Assembly (NCBI GenBank): GCA_042408215.1
Contig: JAYFMW010000006.1
Coordinates: 96,001 to 160,000 of the forward strand
Direction: 5' to 3'
Origin: Microcoleus sp.
Lineage (GTDB): Bacteria > Cyanobacteriota > Cyanobacteriia > Cyanobacteriales > Microcoleaceae
Length of the DNA stretch: 64,000 nt
Positions 1 to 8,795 of this stretch are shown here, one piece after another (positions within the stretch are counted from its first letter, which is position 1; each line of letters begins with the position of its first letter). Both the position numbers and the translations under genes were made by a program. Under the pieces are notes generated by a model. That model was given only the letters and a program-made list of their open reading frames with translations, was not told the origin of the DNA and did not search any database.

Positions 1-189
1 GTAGATGGAAATCAAGTAGCTTCTCAGGTGGGGAAGCCTGGGAGAATCAATACAATGTTTGCAGATATTAGTAATGGTAAAAGTTTAGCTCTTGAGATTT
101 CTTGTTCCACAGCAAAAAATTGTGGAAGACCTTATCACTTCTTCAAATTTCAAATTGAGCCGGGGGCAAGCTCTCCTGGGAGTAGATAA
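1..189 (+). CDS. 3' end of a hypothetical protein that starts outside the window
   Basis: Frame 1 is open from base 1 (VDGNQVASQVGKPG...GASSPGSR) to TAA at 187-189, just before the next ATG at 193. Confidence 0.6.
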   Translation, partial: VDGNQVASQVGKPGRINTMFADISNGKSLALEISCSTAKNCGRPYHFFKFQIEPGASSPGSR

Positions 190-192
190 ATT

Positions 193-978
193 ATGAGTAT
201 CAGCCGCCGTCAATTTAATCGGATCGTCATCTGGGGTGGCGCTTCTTTTGCTGCTTCCGCCACATCCGGCATCTTTTTCCCCAAACCCGCCGAGGCTTAT
301 TCCCTAGAATTTCCGATTAGTGCTTTATCAGCCGATCGCGTTTTCAACGGCATTCAAAAATATTGTGGAGCACAAGCCCATCCCCGGCGTTCTATCACCC
401 ATATTGCAAGGAAATACTAATGTTAGCTCTGACATAAACCCAAATGCCGTTAACAGAATTCGCACCGCTGACCAAGAATTTATCAACCGCAATTTTACCA
501 GCAAATAGAACCGAATTAGCCAAACTGGCAGAGAGTTCGAGGATGTTATGCTATCAGTACCAGTCGGCTGTGGGGGCGGCAAAGACAGGATAAAGTCGGC
601 CCGAATGTTGGTTTTGGCTTCGTACAAAAGTGGGAAGATCAATATAGCGATGCCAAAATTTCTGGCCCGACAATGTGCGCTATTCATAACGCTCAAAAAG
701 TCTTAGCCGATCAAAGATTAACACCTCCAGAAATCGCGGCTTCTGTCTTACCAAGTCGATCGACATTAGATGATACGAGTTCTTGGGGAGGGGATGCGGA
801 TGCGTCTGCTGGGAGGAATCCCGGTGCTGTTTTTGCTCAATACACTACAGCCGCAGGTACGGTGACATCTCGCTATGATTTAGTAGAACCGGGGCCGAAA
901 GGTTTTGGGCGGGTTGAGTATATTATTGAAGCGGAAAATCAGCCTCGGCGGGTGATTTTGGTGACGGTGAGGTTTTAG
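193..978 (+). CDS. Tat-exported hypothetical protein, split by about three +1 frameshifts (likely sequencing errors)
   Basis: N-terminus has SRRQF, a hydrophobic stretch and an AEA cleavage motif; coding continues through frames 1, 2, 3 and back to 1 (ORFs 193-420, 320-508, 673-978). Confidence 0.6.
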
Positions 979-995
979 GGGAATTATCTGATATC

Positions 996-1790
996 GAATC
1001 AAATTCGGCGGTTTAAACCGCTACTACACACACGAAGTCCGCCTTCGCGGACTGAAGAATTAAAGAGATTTTCAGAATCAAATTCGGCGGTTTAAACCGC
1101 TACTACACACACGAAGTCCGCCTTCGCGGACTGAAGAATTAAAGAGATTTTCAGAATCAAATTCGGCGGTTTAAACCGCTACTACACACACGAAGTCCGC
1201 CTTCGCGGACTGAAGAATTAAAGAGATTTTCAGTCCGCGTAGGCGGACTTTGTTTGTGTAGCCCCGAATTCCATTCGGTGGGGCTTTATTAAAGAATTAA
1301 AGAGATTTTCAGTCCGCGTAGGCGGACTTTGTTTGTGTAGCCCCGAATTCCATTCGGTGGGGCTTTATTAAAGAATTAAAGAGATTTTCAGTCCGCGTAG
1401 GCGGACTTTGTTTGTGTAGCCCCGAATTCCATTCGGTGGGGCTTTATTAAAGAATTAAAGAGATTTTCAGTCCGCGTAGGCGGACTTTGTTTGTGTAGCC
1501 CCGAATTCCATTCGGTGGGGCTTTATTAAAGAATTAAAGAGATTTTCAGTCCGCGTAGGCGGACTTTGTTTGTGTAGCCCCGAATTCCATTCGGTGGGGC
1601 TTTATTAAAGAATTAAAGAGATTTTCAGTCCGCGTAGGCGGACTTTGTTTGTGTAGCCCCGAATTCCATTCGGCGGGGCTATTTTTGCTTTGTTTGTGTA
1701 GCCCCGAATTCCATTCGGTGGGGCTATTTTTGCTTTGTTTGTGTAGCCCCGAATTCCATTCGGCGGGGCTATTTTTGCTATTTTTGCAAT
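996..1790. repeat. REP/BIME-like tandem array: 3 x 79-bp unit A, about 6 x 79-bp unit B (inverted core), then 45-bp units
   Basis: Unit A starts at 996/1075/1154; unit B at 1233/1312/1391/1470/1549/1628; the A core ctacacacacgaagtccgccttcgcggactgaa is the near reverse complement of the B core. Confidence 0.95.
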
Positions 1791-1793
1791 TGG

Positions 1794-3272
1794 CTATTTT
1801 TGCAATTGACCAATCATATCTAATGCTTTTTGAGCATCTGCGGCCATTCCTTGATCCCTAAATAAACGAGCCGCTTGCTGCAAATCTGCGATCGCCCCTT
1901 GTCTATCTCCCATTCTCACCAAGGTAATTCCTCGGTTAGCAAAAGCCTTTGCATAATTGGGATTGAGTTGAATTGCTTGGGTGTAATCAGCTAAGGCTGA
2001 GCGATCGTTCTTGATGCGAAATAGCGCCAATCCTCTGTTAAAATAAGTATTAGCTCCACCGGGATTAATTTGCAGCGCTTGATTGAAATCGTCGATCGCC
2101 CCTTTTTGATCGCCTAATTCTGAAAGCGCCAATCCTCGGTTGTTGTAAGCCCGCGCAAAGGTTCTATCCTGACGGATGACTTGAGTATAATCGGCGATCG
2201 CCCCTGGTTTATCTCCCATCGCCGACAAAACCAGCCCCCGATTGTAGTAAGCGTCAACATAACTGGCATTTAGGGCGATCGCTTTGCTATAATCAGCGAT
2301 ACTTTTTGGCATTTGTCTCAGATCAAAATAAGCCAGTCCCCGATAGAAATAAGCTTCCGCATAATCCGATTGAGTTTGAATCGCTTGGGTAAAATCCGCC
2401 ACAGCACCTGACAAATCTCCCTTGTCAAACCGACTTAAACCCCGAACGTAATAAGTTTTAGCATCTTGCGGATTGTTCAGTTTCAGAGGTGCATTAGTGG
2501 CGGTGGAAGTATTCACCAAAAGAGCAGAACGATTTAACCCAGCTTCCGACAGTTTAGCGAGAAAAGTGTTAATAGGAATTGCAGAATTAAATCCTGTTTT
2601 AGTGATTGACTCTACAGATGCTCCTGTATCATTTGTCGAAAAATCTAGTTCGCCTTCTCCATGAATCCCCACTACGCGCCCTTCCCCATCAAATACAGGC
2701 CCTCCACTCATTCCTTTTTGAGTGACAGCACTATAACGCAATGTATAACCGCGCTTGTGATTCGGAGAACGACTGGTAACAAAACCCTGTGTAAACTCAG
2801 GATTCTGCTGATTTCTAGATCTATTATTTGGATAGCCAAGCACAAAAATTTGTGTGCCGCTCTCGGCTTGTACAGAATCGCCTAAAGTGACAACTCGATA
2901 AGTTTCTGTGCTGTTAAATGTTACGACTGCTAAATCCAGTTCCCGATCGGTTTTTTGTAATGGCATCACACGAGTTACTTGATGTTCTTTTCCCGTATAA
3001 GTGCGAATTTTATAGGTAACTTGACTATTTGGAACAACGTGTTTAGCTGTCAAAACCGTGTAAGTCGTGCCTTGTTTGGCAATAATAAATCCAGTCCCGC
3101 TACGACTATCTGTTCCATTAATCTGAACGGTGACAGATTCAGCTAATTTGGCAATTTCTTGGGGAGTTTTTGCGAAAACGGGTGCTGCTGCAAAGATGAC
3201 TATTCCTGCTACCGTTACTGTTCCTGCTAGGATGCTGGTGAGGGAATCAAACCGCGAATAACTCCTATTCAT
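1794..3272 (-). CDS. Trypsin-like serine protease with C-terminal TPR repeats
   Basis: Signal-like N-terminus; LTAKHV, DLAVV and GMSGGP triad motifs; repeated AYxNRG TPR units. Confidence 0.92.
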   Translation of the reverse strand: MNRSYSRFDSLTSILAGTVTVAGIVIFAAAPVFAKTPQEIAKLAESVTVQINGTDSRSGTGFIIAKQGTTYTVLTAKHVVPNSQVTYKIRTYTGKEHQVTRVMPLQKTDRELDLAVVTFNSTETYRVVTLGDSVQAESGTQIFVLGYPNNRSRNQQNPEFTQGFVTSRSPNHKRGYTLRYSAVTQKGMSGGPVFDGEGRVVGIHGEGELDFSTNDTGASVESITKTGFNSAIPINTFLAKLSEAGLNRSALLVNTSTATNAPLKLNNPQDAKTYYVRGLSRFDKGDLSGAVADFTQAIQTQSDYAEAYFYRGLAYFDLRQMPKSIADYSKAIALNASYVDAYYNRGLVLSAMGDKPGAIADYTQVIRQDRTFARAYNNRGLALSELGDQKGAIDDFNQALQINPGGANTYFNRGLALFRIKNDRSALADYTQAIQLNPNYAKAFANRGITLVRMGDRQGAIADLQQAARLFRDQGMAADAQKALDMIGQLQK

Positions 3273-3584
3273 AGTTGATTGCTGAAGACTAAGATTTTTT
3301 ATACTCCGAATATTATAGATGAAAATGAAATGTCCGAAAACCAGAAATGCTGGAGGTTTTCAGACGATCGCGATTTTTCTGACATTTCGTACATTTCGTA
3401 TATTTCCGCTACCCGACTTCTTTAAGAAGTCGGGGCTCTGGGTATTCTGTTTTTTATTGCATCTTCCTTCTTTCTTCTTCCAACTTCGGTCTTCCTTCCC
3501 GGCGTTACATCCGTTACATCCGTGGAGCGAATCCGTTGCCGAACTTCTGGCTTCTGCTATACAATTGTTGATTTTTCAATCGGT

Positions 3585-3956
3585 TCAGTAGACCATCTGT
3601 TTTGACTCTATTTCTAGCAAGCGCAGCAGTCTTTCATCGCCTCTGGCTTTGGCGGCTTGCAGTCGGCGATCGAGAATATTGCAGATATTGGCCCGGTGGA
3701 CTTTCACTATATCCTCAACTGTTAGAGCTGATCTCACCGCTGCTACATTCTCATCGGCTTTTGGAGTTCGGTTGGTGCAATCGGGCCGATCGCGATCGCG
3801 TTGCTGCCAATCTTGGGCTTGTTCAGGGCCCCGAAGGTGTCTGGGATAACGATAGTTCCAGTTGTGACCCCGATATTTGCCCGCGACTTCACCTTCGATC
3901 AGATCGACTGTGGGAATGTCGTAGTCGTAGTTAGAACCGCGATAAGAGAGTTTCAT
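3585..3956 (-). CDS. DUF4278 family protein
   Basis: MKLSYRG..Y and GKYRG motifs; C-terminal LDRRLQAAKARGDERLLRLLE. Confidence 0.8.
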   Translation of the reverse strand: MKLSYRGSNYDYDIPTVDLIEGEVAGKYRGHNWNYRYPRHLRGPEQAQDWQQRDRDRPDCTNRTPKADENVAAVRSALTVEDIVKVHRANICNILDRRLQAAKARGDERLLRLLEIESKQMVY

Positions 3957-4105
3957 ATTTTTTGCTCCTGATATTTATCTAAAAATGGTAGTCTGGTCAG
4001 GCCAGATTTTGCCTGGTAAAAACGTTTTAGTTTCTGTATTATATTTTACCATTTGTTTAAATAACCAGGCCAGTTAAAAAAATTAATATTTAGAGGGAGA
4101 CGGCA

Positions 4106-4131
4106 GGAAAAAACCCGCCAGAGCGGGTTTA
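4106..4131 (-). terminator. Intrinsic terminator downstream of the BON gene
   Basis: Minus strand aaacccgc-tctg-gcgggttt hairpin followed by a T run. Confidence 0.65.
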
Positions 4132-4222
4132 GAGGGTGAAGCTGAGGGTAGAAGTCGCACAAGCACCGATGAGAGTTGCACTCCAAACGAGTTGGGTGAG
4201 GGACTCCCACGCTCCCCAGCAA

Positions 4223-4567
4223 CTAGCCGACTGTCACCTGATCGGTTTCCACGCCAGTTGCGCCCTCTTCAGCAGAGGCGATCGCCACCAACTTGTCGAG
4301 AATTTCCTGGCTGGGAACCTGGCCCTTGAGAACCACAGTACCGCTGAGTTGAGCCACCCATACAGTTTCAATATCAGCAACTTCTGAATCGCCGTCAAAA
4401 GCCAAAGCAACGCGCTTCGCCAGGCCGCTTTGATCAAAATTACCGTCAGGGCCCACTTTCGCAGGAGCAATTGATTGCGACTCCGCCGCCTGTTGCACTA
4501 CTTGTGCCATCGCTTGTGCCTGGGGTTCAGGCTTTTCGAGTCCGAATAGTCTTTGAAACCAACCCAT
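4223..4567 (-). CDS. BON-domain (phospholipid-binding) protein
   Basis: DQSGLAKRVALAFD...VVLKGQVPS...GATGVETDQV; likely start MGWFQRLFG. Confidence 0.85.
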   Translation of the reverse strand: MGWFQRLFGLEKPEPQAQAMAQVVQQAAESQSIAPAKVGPDGNFDQSGLAKRVALAFDGDSEVADIETVWVAQLSGTVVLKGQVPSQEILDKLVAIASAEEGATGVETDQVTVG

Positions 4568-4740
4568 CGTAGTAGATTCTCCTGACAATACACTTTTTAC
4601 AAGATAGCTCTAGAATTCCCAAAGACTGGTAATTGTTGCAAAACTCAGTGAAATTTCTGAAAATGTTTGGCCGTCAGGCTTTGATAATTCTTGAATCTCG
4701 AATCTTAAATCTCCTATGGTATTGTAAAACTTCATTAAGA

Positions 4741-4769
4741 TTGTAAGCATCAATAGACAATGGTAGTAT
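4741..4769 (+). promoter_or_regulatory. Sigma70-type promoter
   Basis: TTGTAA-N17-TAGTAT with an extended TG motif. Confidence 0.6.
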
Positions 4770-4774
4770 CATAT

Positions 4775-4985
4775 AGTCAGAAGGGTCGATTGATTAACGC
4801 CGATGTTAACGGGTCTTACAATATTATGCGAAAAGCAATCCCAAATGCCTTGTGCAATGGGATAGAGAGCTGCGTAGTTCAGCCTTAGAAGGGTCAATCC
4901 GCTCGAAGTGAAAGCGAAAGGGGAGGGACTTCATGCCTCCCACGGCACTGTAATAAATGACTATACTTTTACCAGCTATGTTGAT
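4775..4985 (+). ncRNA. Orphan tnpB 3'-end remnant, putative omegaRNA scaffold plus guide
   Basis: 4775-4888 translates as SQKGRLINADVNGSYNIMRKAIPNALCNGIESCVVQP* (TnpB RuvC-III C-terminus) with no upstream tnpB body; several hairpins follow; 3' boundary approximate. Confidence 0.55.
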
Positions 4986-5130
4986 GTGGCTATTTTATGT
5001 AGGGGACACCTAGTACCAGTCATCGACCTGTGCCAAATGATACAGGGGAGGCGGGCCAGCGCTTATATCAATTCCGGTTGCACCGGAATGATATACTGAA
5101 AGAGCATCAAGAATGCAATGAGGACAATTT

Positions 5131-6209
5131 ATGCCTAAACGCCTAAAGTTGGAACCCCATCAAACCCCGTCGGAGTTGTCTAAACTTGATCGTCAAGCAT
5201 CGGACCCAATTGAACGGACACGCTACCAAATAATTTGGCTCTTAGCAACTGGACGAGTTACTGAAGATGTCGCTTCGGTCACAGGTTACTGCCGTAACTC
5301 GATATACCGCTTAGTCCGTCGTTACAATCAATTAGGTGCTAATGGTTTGAAAGACAAACGTCATCAACATCCGGGTACTCAACCTTTACTCTCTGTTGTA
5401 GAACAAGCACAACTTTTGCAAACTTTACAAGCTCCTCCCGCTGATGGAGGATTATGGAACAGTCGTAAAGTTGCTGAGTGGATGAGTAATTTACTTGACC
5501 GTCGAGTTAGCGTACAAAGGGGTTGGGACTATCTACGCTCCTTGGAGTTTCGGTTACGGATACCCAGACCGGAACATGACCTCGCTGACCTTGAGGTCCA
5601 AGAAGCTTGGAAAAAAAACTACGAGCGCAAGCTAAACGAATTCAAAATCAGCATCCATTAGTAGCAGTAGAAGTATGGGGAATGGATGAGCATCGTCTGG
5701 GATTAAAGCCCATAATTCGGCGAGTCTGGGTAGGGTATGGGGAGCAGCCCATAGCCAACGTAAATTGGCGCTATCAATGGCTATGGTTATATGGTTTTGT
5801 ACACCCGTCAACGGGAGAAACATACTTTTGGATTCTCCCAAAAGTTAACATTGAGCTTTTTAACTTAGTTTTAGAAGACTTTGCCAGAGAATTTGGAGTA
5901 GGTAAAGATCAACACATCATCTTAGCTATTGACCAAGCTGGATGGCATACCAGTCCACAAGTTAGAGTCCCAGAAGGTCTACACTTGGAATTTCTGCCCT
6001 CCCATTCTCCCGAATTACAACCAGCAGAGCGTCTATGGCCGTTGGTAAATGAACCAATTGCCAATCGCTCATTTCAAAATCTTGATGAACTAGAGGAAGT
6101 GCTATTTCAGCGCTGTCAAGCTCTTCTCAAGCAACCTTCTTTGATTAAAGGGATTGCTTGTTTCCATTGGTGGCCAAAAACCAAAGCCATATCATTCCGG
6201 TGCAGTTAG
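5131..6209 (+). CDS. IS630 transposase, two ORFs joined by a -1 programmed frameshift
   Basis: HTH ORF 5131-5661 and DDE ORF 5607-6209 (MDEHR, DQAGWH, PAERLW); A8 slippery run at WKK, 5611-5618. Confidence 0.92.
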
Positions 6210-6982
6210 AGAGTCGATGGCAGAGTGTCCCCCACCATCTCTCCTACAAAACCGTGCTTGCGACTTTCACCGCACACGGCTCCTGAGTGATGTAATCCTG
6301 GTTATGGATACAGTACGATCGCATCACGAGATGATTTATACCGCTTGATAGTTTTCCTTTTACCCCTACATCCCACCATCAGATTTTTCTGTGGCATTAG
6401 GCTTTTAAAGGGTTACTCAGTCTCAATCTTTTACACCACCAGGCGCTGTCAGCAGATCTCTGCTATTACAGCAGAGCTTTAGCTTCTGCAACCATCCCTC
6501 ACACTCACAGCTTACGGCTAGCAACCTACTTATTTTTAAGGGCTGTGAGAGCTTTACTTCGTTCCGATTACACATTGGTTGAACATGACAGCGTAATGCT
6601 TTCCACCGGGTTTTTTGGGCAGTGCTGATAAGTCAATCCGATAATTGCTTATGCCCTATCCTTGCCTTTTGGCTTGGTCTATCAGCCATTTGACCATCTA
6701 TCATAACGGTGGTTCAGACACATTTTTGCTTTCGCTACGCATATGTTCTGGCTCGACAGCTACTCCATTTGGCTAAGAGTCTTTCTGCCTTTTATCCCCG
6801 CTTTATCCTGTTAGTTGCTACCTAACAAAATAGGGGATATGCTTTTACCGCTGCACCTGCGGACTGGGACTTGACTTAACGTCTCACCCAGAAGTGTAAT
6901 CAGTTATCACTAACTCGCAGCGGAGTCAGGCTAACCGTCCCTGGATAGGAGAACCTATCCATTTAGGCTAAACGAATCGCAC
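6205..6982 (-). ncRNA. ORF-less group II intron (778 nt, probably IIB)
   Basis: Minus strand starts GTGCG at 6982 and ends AAC at 6205; domain V gagccgtgtgcggtgaaagtcgcaagcacggttt (AGC triad, GAAA loop) at 6249-6282, then domain VI; removal restores the IS TIR exactly. Confidence 0.93.
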
Positions 6983-7145
6983 ACCGGAATTGATATTAGA
7001 TGCTCTATATGTAGCAGGACTTTAAGAAATTGGTATTACTCCGAGGGGGGTTCAGCCCCTGTAGGGGCTAGAAAATGTCTAATGCCCGTTAAGATGCCTT
7101 TATCTAAAAGGGTGGTTAGTCTAATACGGGCAGAGAGGTCAAAAT

Positions 7146-7357
7146 GTAAGGATTCAGGTCACTGAACTCCTTGCTGGGCAAAGACTTTAGATATGGAGCT
7201 TGATACTAAATCAATCTCTATTCTCAATAAACCACGAAAAACTGTCACTTCTCCTCGTTTATTGACAATAAACACGAAAGACAAAAACCCTTATTTTGCC
7301 CTAAAACCCTTGCCAGACAAGCGTTGGAGCCGCAAGTTTTTAGACCTGAATCCTTAC
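7146..7357. mobile_element. MITE with 15-bp terminal inverted repeats
   Basis: gtaaggattcaggtc ... gacctgaatccttac, with no ORF inside. Confidence 0.7.
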
Positions 7358-7698
7358 GCGCTAAGTTAAGCGCGATACGGCTGATGCCACGCTTAATCAC
7401 AACTATCTACAGCATAATTGTGTAGTAACTGATACTGAAAAGCATAATTCTGCCAAATTGGCAACATGGTCTAGTTAAAAAGGCTTTTAATGATTTTAGA
7501 TAGCCAGACTTATATGTCTAAGTATGTAGGCGGGATTAAACCGAACTACACTACGTAATAGTATATAAACATGGCTAAATCACCTACGTTGTAGAAATTG
7601 AATACTTTAGGCGATCAAAATCCCCTCCAATTTATTCTTAGATGGATGAATTTAAGTTCATAAATCAAGTATTGTTAGTTTTCTAAAAGGAGAGATGA

Positions 7699-8772
7699 AT
7701 GACTGCTCAGATTTTAGATCTTGATTCTCAGTATGTGTTGAATTATTGCACTAAATACCTTGCCAGAGAAAACATAGATTTCAGACATAATTTTGGACAG
7801 TTTGGGAGTGAAGATCCTAGAAGCCATATCGCTGAATCCTGGCGATTTCCCATTATTGATGCCTACAGTGACGGTATAAATTTTACTGCCAATTATGAGT
7901 TCAACCGAGTTACTTTTGTTTATCAAAAACGAAGTGACACATCACCTAAAAGTATTGGGTTGATTGGCACATTTACTACGCTTTATGAACCTATCCCCCT
8001 CAAGTCCGTACAGTTTTTTGGAGAAGATACCGGATACTATGCATTAACGGTTGTTGTGCCCAAAGCCGAAGTTCATCTTTACCAATACCTTATCGATAAT
8101 CAACCAACCCTAGACCCAATTAATCCTCAACAAGTGAGCCTCGATAACGGAAAACCTTGGTCGCGATTTTTTACCCAACTTTGTACCCAGCCCCTCAGCT
8201 TTGAAGATTGGGAATTTGAGATTTTAGAACGACTTATCGATCACATCTTACCGTTTCGGACAGAGGAAGGTGAGAATTTTCTCAGTCGCTACTATCAGTC
8301 TCTAGATCGACAAGCTAAAGAATTACAGTATGCCTATGCCTATCGGTTAGACCAATCAGTAGGTGCAGTTAACTTTATCGACAATATTCTTGCCAGAGAA
8401 GAAAATCATCATTTACTGGATTACAAGCTTTGTTTAATGCAAATTGATCGTATTCTGCGGCAACGTAACCCCTATATCGATCCTGCAAAAATGTCAAAAG
8501 AGCTATACATCGATCTGTATAACGAAATGGCTACCGATAGAGTAAATGGATGGAAGTATGACCAGTACGGCAGTCCACTTTACTTTTTGCAACTACTACG
8601 TCGTCACACTTATACGGGCGCATTCTCTCATCCCAAGTATGGAGGGAATGTAGGTGGATCTGGCTGGGCTTATCTATCCGAACGCTATCGAGATGCTCAA
8701 GGGCAAACCCTGTTTGATTGGCGCAAAGCGATCGAGCAACCTTTGGGAATCAATGCTGACTATCACGGTTGA
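7699..8772 (+). CDS. Fusion of a CBM48/AMPK-beta-like glycogen-binding domain and a gluconate 2-dehydrogenase subunit 3-like domain
   Basis: GLIGTF...YYALTVVVP...YQYLIDNQPTLDPINP (E-set/CBM48 pattern); C-terminal GAFSHPKYGGNVGGSGW; AAAGGAGAG RBS. Confidence 0.7.
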   Translation: MTAQILDLDSQYVLNYCTKYLARENIDFRHNFGQFGSEDPRSHIAESWRFPIIDAYSDGINFTANYEFNRVTFVYQKRSDTSPKSIGLIGTFTTLYEPIPLKSVQFFGEDTGYYALTVVVPKAEVHLYQYLIDNQPTLDPINPQQVSLDNGKPWSRFFTQLCTQPLSFEDWEFEILERLIDHILPFRTEEGENFLSRYYQSLDRQAKELQYAYAYRLDQSVGAVNFIDNILAREENHHLLDYKLCLMQIDRILRQRNPYIDPAKMSKELYIDLYNEMATDRVNGWKYDQYGSPLYFLQLLRRHTYTGAFSHPKYGGNVGGSGWAYLSERYRDAQGQTLFDWRKAIEQPLGINADYHG

Positions 8773-8795
8773 TTGACGATTTTTAGGAGTCTTGT

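Larger units (their letters stand above)
5065..6996 (+). mobile_element. IS630-family insertion sequence with 30-bp TIRs; right TIR interrupted by a group II intron
   Basis: Left TIR ATATCAATTCCGGTTGCACCGGAATGATAT at 5065-5094; 6189-6204 joined to 6983-6996 is its exact reverse complement. Confidence 0.92.

Noticed and set aside
996..1790. CRISPR array
   Set aside because: Units are fully repeated with no unique spacers, and no cas genes are present
3957..4060. Glutamine (glnA) riboswitch upstream of the DUF4278 gene
   Set aside because: The characteristic CGTTCA...GGAAGTA...GAAGGAACG core is not visible
4908..5099. 63-aa ORF
   Set aside because: It spans the omegaRNA-like hairpins and the IS TIR, with no protein-like features
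6283..6480. Reverse transcriptase ORF in the intron
   Set aside because: The domain IV region is too short, with no long ORF or YADD motif
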